A stretch of 64,000 bases of DNA, from NCBI RefSeq assembly GCF_006345805.1, contig NC_043018.1, forward strand, positions 10,974,001 to 11,038,000, written 5' to 3'. The notes beneath the pieces are model-generated. The model worked only from the letters and a program-made list of their open reading frames with translations. It was not told the DNA's origin and ran no database searches. The DNA is from Octopus sinensis (taxonomy: Eukaryota). Shown in pieces: positions 13,278 through 25,365 of this stretch. Both the position numbers and the translations under genes were made by a program. The stretch's first letter is position 1, and every line of letters starts with the position of its first letter.

Positions 13278-13957
13278 ACCACATGGTTCCGGGTTCAGTC
13301 CACTGCGTGGCACCTTGGGCAAGTGTCTTCTACTATAGCCTCGGGTCGACCAAAGCCTTCTGAGCAGATTTAGTAGAAGGAAACTGAAGGAAGCCCGTCG
13401 TATATATATGCATGTGTGTGTGTGTATATGTTTGTGTGTCTGTGTTTGTCCCCCCAACATCGCTTGATAACCGATGCTGGTGTGTTTACGTCCCTGTAAC
13501 TTAGCAGTACGGCAAAAGAGAACGATAGAATAAGTACTAGGCTTACAAAGAATAAGTCGTGGAGTCGATTTGCTCGACTAAAGGCGGTGCTCCAGCATGG
13601 CCACAGTCAAATGACTGAAACAAGTAAAAGAGTATATATATATATATATTTATATATGTGTGTGTGTGTAGTAATTAGATTATATATTTTGCCCCTTTTT
13701 GTTATGTGCATGATCTCCCGTCGTGTCCCCGGGAAAATTACACCGGTCCGTGGTGCAAAGACGCTTAAGGTCCGTTGGAACATAACATGAAGGGGAATTA
13801 GCTACTATTTCTAGCAGGTCGAAGATGGAGGCCTACCCTCATTGCACCGTAGCACACGTAGTGACATCGCGCGGTTTAAAGTGAAAGCGCTTTTACCAAG
13901 GGAAGCAACTAGCTCCAACCGGGCACCTGAAGGGGGCATGTGTTGACGAAAGGAAAC

Positions 13958-14027
13958 ATGTCTTCGCTTTTTACCAAAGTTCTTTGTCCCAAACAGGCAT
14001 TTCATTATATTTCTGCTACATTAACAC
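13958..14027 (+). CDS. MRPS2: Candidate MRPS2 coding exon 1 (mitochondrial presequence MSSLFTKVLCPKQAFHYISATLT)
   Basis: aaacATG context, CpG-containing unique sequence upstream (13700-13950), no acidic residues, phase-1 donor C|GTAAAT compatible with the next exon. No homology support, so tentative. Confidence 0.55.
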
Positions 14028-14857
14028 GTAAATTAATCATTTTCCTTCTCTTTCATCTGTTCTTAATGCATTCTTCAGATGTAACCATTATACATTGTTC
14101 TCTAATACTTTTTTTCATTTAAACGAATGTGTGGTGTGCCTGTTCAAATGGTTATAATTTCCTAGAATCCTTGAAAAAGGTCAAACATTTATTTTAATTT
14201 AGTTAAAAAAAAAAACCCCGATGATTTTACGAAAGGGTTTTCCTTATTCTACTACATCCTCTCACCCTTTTCACATCACTTCTGTATTTTTAAATGAGGC
14301 AAATCATTTTATATCCAATAATCATATCGATCTCTGCACTCTGGTCGAATCAACTAAGAGCAAGATCCATCCTCTATGTGGTCACTTGCCTTCTTAGAAA
14401 TAACAGTCATATCTGCCGTGTTGAATGAAGAAAAAAAACAAGAGATGCAAAGGACATGTTAGATGGAGTCCTTGAGAATCTATGCCTGAAAAGAAAGAAA
14501 GGTAGACGAAAGGATTGGAGGTTCGAACCTTCCTCAAATCATGTCTGACCGTCTTAAGACACCGAAGGACACGATTAGAGTCGTCGTTCGAAGTCCCTGA
14601 TACACAGAAACACAGGGAATTTGTGGTGGGAATAACACATTTCCTTTACATGTGTACATGCATCTGTATACGTAAATGTATTGACATCTACACACACACA
14701 CGTATATATATATATATATATAAAACATTTAAATGTCGAAGTGAATCTAACGGTTATAAACACCTTCCACGCTGCAATTGTTTTCGTTCCAGCACACGAT
14801 CTCAGATCAAGTCACTCGCTATGCAAGTACATCTCCGTAATATATATAATATATATA

Positions 14858-14902
<45 letters not shown>

Positions 14903-15587
14903 ATATATATTATATATATATATATACACAGCAATCATCAGGAATTCCTGATGATTTCATTTGAATGAAACAGTACTAGTCCTGTAGAAGCCCCTTCTAT
15001 AAAATAATATATATATATATATGTGTGTGTAGGTATATGTATGTATATATACATACATATACATGCATGTATGTACAAATATATATATATGTATACATAC
15101 TTATATAGTATATGCATAATCTAGATTTACACACACACATATATAAAATATACACACACACACATATGTATAAATGTATATTCTATAAGCATGTATGTAT
15201 CTTTTACTTGTTTCAGTCATTAGACTGCGGCCATGCTGGGGCACTATCTCGTAGAATCTCTAAGCGAACTAATCGACCCTAGTACTTATTTTTGTTAAAT
15301 CTGGTACATATTCTATCGTCCTCTTTTGCCGAACCGCTAAGTTACGAGAACGTAAACACCAACACCAGTTGTCAAGCGGTGGCGGAGGGACAAACAAATA
15401 TAAAAACAAGGCGCAGGAGTGTGTTAAGTAGCTTGCTTCCCAACCACATGGTTCTGGGTTCAGTCCCACTGCATGGCACCCTGGGCAAGTGTCTTCTACT
15501 ACAGCCTCAGGCCGACCAAAGCCTTGATAGTGAATTTGGTAGACGGAAACTGAAAGAAGCTCGTTGTATATATTTACATATACATAC

Positions 15588-15621
<34 letters not shown>

Positions 15622-16009
15622 GTTTGTTCCCCCCCCCCACCATCGCTTGACAACCGATGTTGGTGTGTCCCCATAACTTAACAGTTTGGCAAAAGAGACC
15701 GACAGAATAAATACTAGGTTTACAAAAAATAAGTCCCGGGTTCGATTTGTTCGACTAAAGGCGGTGCTCCAGCATGGCCACAGTCAAATGACTGAAACAA
15801 ATGACAGAATAAGAGACAAAAATATGAGAGCAACTGAATGTTCAAAATGCGGAGCAGATAGACAGCCGACGACTGATGAAGGGTTCTTCCTCTGTATTTA
15901 CTTGTCCTGTTTCCCATTTTTTCCTTGTTTATGTATTTCATGTTATTTGCACTGTTGGTGACGTCCTGTACTCATATGTGCATGTATATATATATATACA
16001 TATATATAT

Positions 16010-16398
16010 ATGATGCTGACATGCAGTGTCTGTGCAAGACCCTGCCTCAGTAAAGCTGGACTCAAGAGTCATCTTTGTAGTCATAAAACGAGACAGATGA
16101 GTGACAACCTGGCCACTGGTGGTGGTGTAACACACCATACTAATCATATCTGTCAGGCATGTGGAAGAGAGTGTAATTCGGCAGGAGGACTTAAACGACA
16201 TGCAAAGGTACATGAAGCCCAGTTACAACTACAACCTGCTATTAACGGTAAAGGTCTTAGTTGCCAATTCTGTACAAGACATTGTAGATCTTTAGCTGGG
16301 CTAAAAAGTCACATTCGATCACAGCACCAGTAACAGTTAAGCTTTGTGCAATGGCCATACTCAATAACGAGGGGGCAGCCATAATAATAATAATAATA
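16010..16398 (+). mobile_element. LINE 3' end encoding three C2H2-type zinc fingers, with (TAA)n tail
   Basis: CSVC..LKSHLCSH, CQAC..LKRHAKVH and CQFC..LKSHIRSQH. Stop at 16333, short UTR, (ATA)n at 16381-16398. 5' end abuts (TA)n. The CxxCGRxCxSxxGLxxH type resembles RTE-like C-termini. Confidence 0.65.
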
Positions 16399-16877
16399 TA
16401 TATATATTTTATATATGAAATAATGCATTGTAAATAAACAATAACAAATAAAAAATGTATAACATCTACTGAGTGTACAACTGGATGGGAGACAGACACA
16501 GAAGGTCCGTAATTCTTCATTGATTACCAACCAGGTGGTCTCTCCCATCTGTTTGTACACTCAGCCTATGTTATATGTTTGCATTTTTTCATTTATCAAG
16601 AATCGAGGCCGATGCCAGTGCCACCTTGACTGGCTTCTGTGCCAGTGGTATGTAAAAAGCACCAATCCGATTGTGGCCGTTGCCAGCCTTGCCTGGCACG
16701 TAAAAAGCACCCACTACACTCACGGAGTGGTTAGCGTTAGGAAGGGCATCCAGCTGTAGAAACACTGCCAAATCAGACTGGAGCCTGGTGCAGCCTCCTA
16801 GCTTCCCAGACCCTGGTCGAACTGTCCAACCCATGCTAGCATGGAAAGTGGACGTTAAACTATGATGATGATGATGA

Positions 16878-17350
16878 AGGTATGCAACGCATACCTGGTT
16901 TTTAACATTAAGTGTATCTATATATATATATCTGAGTCTACCTCTTCTACAAGTTCCCTCAACTGCTAGGGTGTGACACTTTTTCACACAGCTATCCACA
17001 TCCCTTCTCACCACATGACCATACCAGCACAGTCGTCTCTCTTTCACACCACATCTGATGCTTCTTAGGTCCAGCTTTTCTCTCAAGGCACTTACACTCT
17101 GTTGATTATGCACACTGACATTACACACCCATCGGACCATCCTGGCTTCATTCCTTGCAAGCTTACACATGCCCTCAGCAGTCATTCTAACCATTTATTA
17201 CTCTCCTCACCACACACTCTAGCAATCCCTTGATTCTCTGACCCCGTTCTCTCTCCACCTACCTTCTTGTACTTTTGGCGTACATCCTGACACCTCATCT
17301 CCACCCATTCTTTCTTCCTCCCCATCTGTGCTAGCCACGTATCTCTCCTC
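16878..17350 (-). mobile_element. RTE LINE fragment, same family as 3290-4606
   Basis: ORF 16589-17194 contains LARNEARMVRWVCNVSVH..LDLRSIRCGVKERRLCWYGHV. Confidence 0.8.
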
Positions 17351-17882
17351 TACAGCAAGACACCTGTTCTTGTCCCTCTCTCTTACTTGAGCCCTTCAAC
17401 ACCCAGTATAAACCCACGACCCTCAATACTGAACTTTCACTCACTCGAGGGGATTTAACCCTTTAGTGTTCGCATTATTCTACCAAAATTAATGCTTTTT
17501 CATCCACATTGCCTTGAACTAATCAGGTGCTATGAGATTTTGATGAGGTAGCTGTTAATTTTTAAAACGATATTGTAGGGTTGGTGTGAGAGACCAGATC
17601 TGGCCAGTTTGAACATAAAACAGGCAGAATACTTTTGGCCGGTTTAAATGCAAGCTATCTGACCTCTTTAGTTTTGGAGTCACAAAAGACTGCTGAATGC
17701 ACTCTTGAAAGTGGTTGGCACTAGGAAGGGCATGTAACCATAGAAACCCCTGCCAAAGCAGACATTGGAGCTTGATGCTATTCTCTGGCTCATCAGATCC
17801 TATTGAACCATCCAACCCAATCCAGCATGAGAAATGGACATTAAATAATGATGTTGATATTTCTCTTTTCTTCTTTTTCCAG

Positions 17883-18008
17883 AAAACTGTTGCCGTGTAA
17901 ACAATGTGAACCCTTTATCAAAGAAATCTCCTTTCCCTACGAGATTCTCTTCATCAGTCTCCCAAACGAATCCTATTCATGAGGAACAAAGATCTGTTGT
18001 AAAATCAG
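17883..18008 (+). CDS. MRPS2: Candidate MRPS2 coding exon 2 (126 nt, phase 1-1)
   Basis: Strong pyrimidine tract ttctcttttcttctttttccag, open frame NCCRVNNVNPLSKKSPFPTRFSSSVSQTNPIHEEQRSVVKS, donor CAG|GTAACT. G+AT gives Asp in frame with exon 3. Confidence 0.75.
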
Positions 18009-18744
18009 GTAACTTGAATTTTTCTTTTGGTTTTATTTTCATTCTGGTTTCCAAGTCATTGGAATACGACCATCTAAGAAGATATGCAAGTAATTACACC
18101 TACCACCTATCTCCACCCTGAGTCTTCATTTTACTGAATATGCCATCCAGCCCCTATTCTAATTCTCTGTATTTCTGTTATTATTGTCATCATTATTAAG
18201 GTGGTGAGCTGGCAGAAATGTTAGCATGCCAGGCGAAATGCTTAGCGGTATTTCGTCTGCTGCTACGTTCTGAGTTCAAATTCTGCCGAGGTCGACTTTG
18301 CCTTTCATCCTTTCGGGGTCGATAAATTAAGTACCAGTTACGCACTGGGGTCGATATAATCAACTTAATCAGCCTGTCTGTCCTTGTTCCTCTCCTCTGT
18401 GTTTAGCCCCTTGTGGGTAGTAAAGAAATAGGTATTTTGCCCATCGCTACGTTCTGAGTTCAAATTCCACCGATGTCTACTTTGCCTTTCATCCTTTCAG
18501 GGTGGATAAATTAAGTACCAGTTATGCACTGGGGTTGATGTAATCGACTCATCCTCTCCCTCAAAATGATTGCCCTTGTGGCAAAATTTGAAACCATTAT
18601 TATTATTATTATTATTGTTGTTGTTGTTGTTAAAGGTGTGAGCTGGCAGAATGGTTAGCACCCTGGGCAAAATGCTTAGCGGCATTTCGTCCATCTTCAT
18701 GTTCTGAGTTCAAATCCCACCAGGGTTGAGTTTGCTTTCATCCT

Positions 18745-18973
18745 TTAACCCTTTAGTGTTCAGATTATTAAGTTAAATGTAATACTTTTTTCACTCAAAT
18801 TATTTTCAATTAATCATACATTATCTTATAGCTTTGAAGTTTCAATGGTGTGATAGTTTAATCTTAGAATGTCAATGTAGGTTAGGTGTGAGGGGCTAGA
18901 TATGGCCAGTTTGAATGTAAAACATGTAGGATATTTGGGCTGGATATGGCCGGCTTAAACATAAAAGGGTTAA
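18745..18973. mobile_element. piggyBac-type MITE (ccctttag family) inserted in a SINE
   Basis: TTAA TSDs, TIR ccctttag / taaaaggg. Splits the SINE motif catcct..gggtcaataaa. Confidence 0.8.
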
Positions 18974-19349
18974 GGGTCAATAAATTAAGTGCCAGTGAAA
19001 CACCGGGGTCGATAGTTTATATATATATATATATATAATATAGATGCAAGTACAAGTGAGGATATAAACCTCAGAGGGATAAAAATATCCAAGATTAGAC
19101 TGGTTGAATACCCAACAATATTGACACCTTTAATGGTTTACTGTAGTTTTTGTGTTTAATGTTAAATGCGATAAATTTCTTTGTACTTGGTGCTTTTTAC
19201 ATGCCACTGGCACAAGTGCCAGCGATGAATTGAAACAATTGTGGGTCTGGTCTTGTCAATGTGTTAATAAACTTTTATTAATCTTATCTCCATATTATCT
19301 CTTGGTTTTATAATATTAATAATAATAATAATAATTATATATATATATA

Positions 19350-19520
19350 GGCGCAGGAGTGGCTGTGTGGTAAGTAGCTTGCTTACCAACCACATGGTTC
19401 CGGGTTCAGTCCCACTGCGCGGCATCTTGGGCTAGTGTCTTCTACTATAGCCTCGGGCTGACCAATGCCTTGTGAGTGGATTTGGTAGACAGAAACTGAA
19501 AGAAGCCTGTCGTATATATG

Positions 19521-19551
<31 letters not shown>

Positions 19552-19756
19552 ATGCTTGTGTGTCTGTGTTTGTCCCCCTAGCATTGCTTGACAACTGATG
19601 CTGGTGTGTTTACGTCCCCGTCACTTAGCGGTTCGGCAAAAGAGACCGATAGAATAAGTACTGGGCTTACAAAGAATAAGTCCCGGGGTCGATTTGCTCG
19701 ACTAAAGGCGGTGCTCCAGCATGGCCGCAGTCAAATGACTGAAACAAGTAAAAAGA
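19350..19756 (+). mobile_element. tRNA-derived SINE family A, representative full copy. Others near 4720-4970, 10125-10290, 12915-13075, 13279-13632, 15200-15800, 23455-24355, 26550-26962, 30110-30536, 31270-31623, 32215-32875, 33095-33430, 40850-41463 and 63365-64000
   Basis: A box-like tggctgtgtgg and B box-like ggttcagtccc; conserved gccttgtgagtggatttggtagacggaaactgaaagaagcc block (V-domain-like from memory); internal (TA)/(TG) microsatellite; tail tgactgaaacaagtaaaag. Confidence 0.88.
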
Positions 19757-19769
19757 AAAGAGAGAATAT

Positions 19770-20110
19770 ATATTCAGACCCCCCCCTCTTCGGTCATGAA
19801 TGACCCTGGGATTGCACCTAGAAAGCTCTCCTCCCAGGCACAAGTCCGGGCAAGGTTGTTTATGGAAGACCAGCAGTCGCCCCTGCATACCAGCCTCCCC
19901 TCTCCGTGCCACTGATCTTATCCAAGAGAAAGGCAAAGGGGCCGATACAGCTTGGCATGAGTGACACCACAACTCATTTCTACAGCTGAGTGGACTGGAG
20001 CAACGTGAAATAAAGTGTCTTGCTCAAGAACACAACACATCACCTGATCCAGGAATTGAACTCGCAATCTTGTGTTTGTGAATGCAATGCCTGAACCACT
20101 AAGCCATGTA
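19770..20110 (-). mobile_element. Third tRNA-derived SINE family, single copy
   Basis: Minus strand: tggcttagtgg A box, gagttcaattcc B box, then tcttgagcaagacacttt. Confidence 0.6.
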
Positions 20111-20179
20111 CCATTATATATACACACACACACAGAGGTATATATATTTATATATTCTATTTCTTTTCTTTTTTTGTAG

Positions 20180-20832
20180 ATGAAGCTGGTGGATATATTG
20201 AACTTGCTGTTCCCAAAGAAGAGGATTATTTTGGGGTCCATAAACTGGTTACCATTAAAAAGCTTTTCTCCAGTCGGGTTCACTTTGGCCACAAAAAGGG
20301 CCTCCGCAATCCCTACATGCTTCCATACATTTATGGGAACCGGTTGGATGTTGACATCATTGACCTTGACAAGACGTTACCTTTGTTCCAGAATGCTTTA
20401 AATTTCACGGCTCACATAGCTTACCAGCAGGGCATCATTCTGTTCATGAGTCGTCACATACAGATGATGCCTATAATAGAACAGACGGCAAGAGAGTGTG
20501 GAGAATATGCCAACTGCCGTGAATGGGGTGGTGGGATCTTTACCAATTCCAAAGTGATGTTTGGTGCCGTCACACGGTTGCCAGACCTTGTGATTTTTAT
20601 TAGTACTCTAAGCACGGTCTTTGAGCCACACACAGCCATCCGAGACAGTGCTAAAATGTGTATTCCTACAATTGGAATTGTTGACACTAACACAGATCCT
20701 CGACTCATCACATATCCTGTACCTGGGAATGATGACTCTCCAGCTTCCATAGAACTCTATCTTGACCTCTTCAAGTCTGCAATTCTAATTGGTAAAGAAA
20801 AACGGAAGCAGGACGAAAGTAAATTGGTGTAG
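20180..20832 (+). CDS. MRPS2: Mitochondrial ribosomal protein S2 (uS2m), terminal coding exon
   Basis: Acceptor tttttgtag at 20179. Frame contains RVHFGHKKG, LPDLVIF and IPTIGIVDTNTDPRLITYPVPGNDDS, typical of uS2. Stop at 20830-20832. Three-exon CDS = 849 nt, 282 aa. Confidence 0.96.
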
Positions 20833-20881
20833 GGGACTTTTTCTTCTTTTTTTTTTGCAGTTTTTGGAATTTAGTTGAAAC

Positions 20882-20887
20882 AATAAA
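20882..20887 (+). promoter_or_regulatory. Probable MRPS2 polyadenylation signal AATAAA
   Basis: AATAAA 50 nt after the stop, followed by a GT/T-rich tract. Repeated at 22093 and 23313 in the duplicated tails. Confidence 0.6.
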
Positions 20888-21679
20888 TAAATGACTTGTT
20901 TATGATGTTGTTGCTGTTGTTGTTTACTCTTGGTCATTCCTGGACAAAGATCAAAGACAGTCCAGCAGTGACTGTTCCACTTTTATGTTTTGGGGGATAG
21001 CAGGGACTCTATTGTCCAAGGCTGACCAAAACTTTGTAAATGAATTTGGTGGACAGAAACTGAAAGAAACCAGTCAAATACATGTCTGTGTGTCTCCTTG
21101 TCTTGATATTGCATGATGGTTGTAAAGGAGTGTCGTTAGTTTCCTGTCTTCTGAGAAAAACCAGGTGTGACCATGGAGGGGAAATATTACTTGGCTTGGG
21201 AACTGGTGAGGGTTGGTAACAGCAAGGGCATCTAGCTGTAAAAAAATTTGCATCAATAAAACTCCGCCTGACCATTGCAAGCATAGGAAAATGGACGGTG
21301 ATGAATGCTATTTCCAATAATTCTTTGTTCAACAAGAAACCCGTATGACAATTAGGATAAAAAAAAAAACCTGTCATAATTACATACCTTGTATGGTTCT
21401 GTGGAATGGAAGGCAATGCACAGATTAAACTTCTCATTCTTGACATGGAAGTTTTTTCAAACTTTGACTGGCCATCAGCTAAATGACAAATGCATCACTT
21501 GCTTTGATGCTGTCTGGCCTAACGGACAGCAAGGTATGATGAGGGTCTCAAGTCAGTGAAGACTGAATTTGTATCTACACACACATTTATAGAAATGGAC
21601 AAGACGAGCCATTGCCCCCGCAGGGAAGATTTTCCTCACCATGCTGGCAATGGTTACCAGGGCTAAGGCTGCTGAAACA

Positions 21680-22112
21680 CCCCTGACTCCTCACATACCC
21701 TGCAGCTGGGAATGATGACTCTCCAGCTTCCATAGAACTCTATCTTATTTCTTTATTGCTCAGAAGGGGCTAAACATGGAGGGGACAAAGGGATTAAGTC
21801 GATTACATCGACCCCCAGTGCGTAACTGGTACTTAATTTATTGACCTCGAAAGGATGAAAGGCAAAGTTGACCTCGGCGGAATTTGAACTCAGAACATAA
21901 AGACAGACGAAATACCGCTAAGCATTTCACCCGGCATGCTAACGATTCTGCCAGTTCACCGCCTTAATAGAACTCTATCTTGACCTCTTCAAGTCTGCAA
22001 TTCCAATTGGTAAAAGAAAAACGGAAGCAGGACAAAAGTAAATTGATGTAAGGGATTTTTTTTTCTTGCAGTTTTTGGAATTTAGCGGAAGCAATAAATA
22101 AATGACTTGTTT
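21680..22112 (+). pseudogene. Duplicated MRPS2 3' end, copy 2, interrupted by a SINE
   Basis: Homologous to 20697-20900 (ctgggaatgatgactctccagcttccatagaactctatctt...). Extra A in ggtaaaagaaaaacgg shifts the frame. SINE inserted with 15-bp TSD atagaactctatctt (21732-21746 and 21967-21981). Confidence 0.88.
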
Positions 22113-22889
22113 ATGATGTTGTTGCTGTTGTTGTTTACTCTTGGTCATTCCTGGACAAAGATCAAAGACAGTCCAGCAGTGACTGTTCCACTTTTATGTT
22201 TTGGGGGATAGCAGGGACTCTATTGTCCAAGGCTGACCAAAACTTTGTAAATGAATTTGGTGGACAGAAACTGAAAGAAACCAGTCAAATACATGTCTGT
22301 GTGTCTCCTTGTCTTGATATTGCATGATGGTTGTAAAGGAGTGTCGTTAGTTTCCTGTCTTCTGAGAAAAACCAGGTGTGACCATGGAGGGGAAATATTA
22401 CTTGGCTTGGGAACTGGTGAGGGTTGGTAACAGCAAGGGCATCTAGCTGTAAAAAATTTGCATCAATAAAACTCCGCCTGACCATTGCAAGCATAGGAAA
22501 ATGGACGGTGATGAATGCTATTTCCAATAATTCTTTGTTCAACAAGAAACCCGTATGACAATTAGGATAAAAAAAAAAACCTGTCATAATTACATACCTT
22601 GTATGGTTCTGTGGAATGGAAGGCAATGCACAGATTAAACTTCTCATTCTTGACATGGAAGTTTTTTCAAACTTTGACTGGCCATCAGCTAAATGACAAA
22701 TGCATCACTTGCTTTGATGCTGTCTGGCCTAACGGACAGCAAGGTATGATGAGGGTCTCAAGTCAGTGAAGACTGAATTTGTATCTACACACACATTTAT
22801 AGAAATGGACAAGACGAGCCATTGCCCCCGCAGGGAAGATTTTCCTCACCATGCTGGCAATGGTTACCAGGGCTAAGGCTGCTGAAACA

Positions 22890-23332
22890 CCCCTGACTCC
22901 TCACATACCCTGCAGCTGGGAATGATGACTCTCCAGCTTCCATAGAACTCTATCTTATTTCTTTATTGCTCAGAAGGGGCTAAACATGGAGGGGACAAAC
23001 AAGGACAAAGGGATTAAGTCGATTACATCGACCCCCAGTGCGTAACTGGTACTTAATTTATTGACCTCGAAAGGATGAAAGGCAAAGTTGACCTCGGCGG
23101 AATTTGAACTCAGAACATAAAGACAGACGAAATACCGCTAAGCATTTCACCCGGCATGCTAACGATTCTGCCAGTTCACCGCCTTAATAGAACTCTATCT
23201 TGACCTCTTCAAGTCTGCAATTCCAATTGGTAAAAGAAAAACGGAAGCAGGACAAAAGTAAATTGATGTAAGGGATTTTTTTTTCTTGCAGTTTTTGGAA
23301 TTTAGCGGAAGCAATAAATAAATGACTTGTTT
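22890..23332 (+). pseudogene. Duplicated MRPS2 3' end, copy 3
   Basis: Near-identical to copy 2, with the same SINE, TSD and frameshift. The SINE is 10 bp longer (acaaacaaggacaaag). Confidence 0.88.
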
Positions 23333-24649
23333 GTAATGTTACAGAAATGGATAAGATATTTTTGAGGAAGACTAGCCATTGCCCCTGCAGGAAAGTCTTC
23401 CCTCACCATGCTAGCAATGGTAAGGTTGCTGGAACACCCAGACTTAGATATATAGAGTTGCTGGCGTGGTTGAGTGGTTCAGAAGCTGGCTTCTCAAACA
23501 TAGATATTCAGGTTCAGTCCCACTGCACAAATGTCTTCTACTATAGCTGACCAAAGCCTTGAGTGGATTTGCTAGATGGAAACTGAAATGAAGCTCTCTG
23601 TGAATATATATATGTAGGTAGGTGCAGGTGTGGTAAGAAGTTTGCTTCCCAACCACATGGTTCTGGGTTCAGTCCTACTACGTGGTACCTTGGGCAAGAG
23701 TCTTCTACTATAGCCTCAGGCCAACCAAAGCCTTGTGAGTGGATTTGGTAGACAGAAACTGAAAGATGCCAGTCGTATGTATACATATATATTTATGTGT
23801 GTCTGTGTTTGTCCCCCGACCATCGCTTGACAACCGATGTTGGTATGTTTACATCCCCATAACTTAGCAGTTTGGGAAAAGAACTGATAGAATAAGTACC
23901 AGGATCGATTTCTTTCACTAAAAGGCGGTGCCCCAGCATGGCCGCAGCCGAATGACTGGAACAAATAAAAGTATATACACCTTCTATCTTTTACTTGTTT
24001 CAGTCGTTTGACTGTGGCCATGCTGGGGCACTAGTTTTAAAAATCTTTTTTTAATGGAAGAAATTGGGCCCCAGGACTTATTCTTTGAAAGCTTACTACT
24101 CATTCTTTTACTGAACCACCAAGTTATGGGGATGTAAACACACACACAATGTATGTATGTGTGTGTGTGTGTATATATATATATACACACACACACGATG
24201 GACTTCTTTCAGTTTCTGTCTGCCAAACCCACTCACAAGGCTTTGATTGGCCTGAGGCTATAGTAGAAGACTCTTGCCCAAGGTGCCATGCAGTGGGACT
24301 GAACCCAGAACCATGTGGTTAGGAAGCAAACTTCTTACAACACAGCCATGCCTGCACCTTAATAATAATAATAATAAATATATTTTTCATTATTTAAAAC
24401 TGATTGATTTGGCTTTGTGCGACTTAAAGTTTCACAGGCCCCTAACAGAAACCCATCTCTTTCAAGTTTAGATTACTGAATGAAGGAACACAGGAAGTCC
24501 AAGACGACCACTGGTCAAGACAGATCGCATAATGTTATCAGAATAAGATCGGTTGCTCAGTCACAGCAATTCCTTTAGAAAGGGGAATTTCTTTGATTGC
24601 GTGGCTGGACAGGAAGTTGGTGGTGCAGTGGAAGATTGGTGAGTGTGTG

Positions 24650-25290
24650 TCATCATCATCATTTAACGTCCGTTTTCCATGCCGGCATGGGTTGGATGGT
24701 TTGACTGAGGCCTGGCAAGGTTTCTACAGCTGGATGTCCTTCCTAATACCAACCACCCCCAGAGTGTAGTGGGTACTTTTTATGTGCTACCGGCACAGAA
24801 GCCAATCACAGGTGGCTCTGGCGTCTATCACATTCAGATAAGGCTTTTTACATGCCACTGGCATCAACCACATTCAGATGGTGCTTTTTACATGCCACTG
24901 GCAAAGGAGCCAGTCAGGGGACACTGGCCACAGCTATGATTTTGGTTTCACTTGACTCAACAGGTCTTCTCAAGCATATCATACCGCCCGATGCATCAAG
25001 GGTACTTTTAAATGGGCTGGACATGCAATACTGGCATCGGCCATGGCTGCGATCTCACTTTAGTTGCCGGGTCTTCTCAATCACAGCATATCTCCTAAGG
25101 TCTTGGTCTCCGGTCATTGCCTCTGTGAGGCCCACACGTTTGAAGGTCATGCTTCAGTACCTCATCCCATGTCTTCCTGGGTCTACCTCTTCCACAGGGT
25201 GCGGTACTTCCTTGCACAGCTGTCCTCATCCATACATAACACATGATCATACCAGCGCAGTCGTCTCTCTTGCACACCACATTTGATGCT
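24650..25290 (-). mobile_element. RTE LINE 3' fragment with UTR
   Basis: GRGRPRKTWDEVLKHDL in ORF 25095-25406, followed by the family 3' UTR ending in (TGA)n. Confidence 0.75.
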
Positions 25291-25330
25291 TGTTTGTGTA
25301 TGTATATATATGTGGTGTGTATATATACAT

Positions 25331-25365
<35 letters not shown>

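Noticed and set aside
15873-15900. CTGATGA as a hammerhead core
   Set aside because: No GAAA or helix III follows. The same holds for CTGATGA near 38660 (inside the Helitron) and 59805.
19350-19430. tRNA genes
   Set aside because: The A and B boxes belong to SINE heads; no cloverleaf with acceptor stem could be folded.
21009-21446. 145-aa ORF repeated at 22285-22656
   Set aside because: Antisense reading of repeat fragments in the duplicated flank; the two copies differ in frame at a homopolymer; no recognisable domain.
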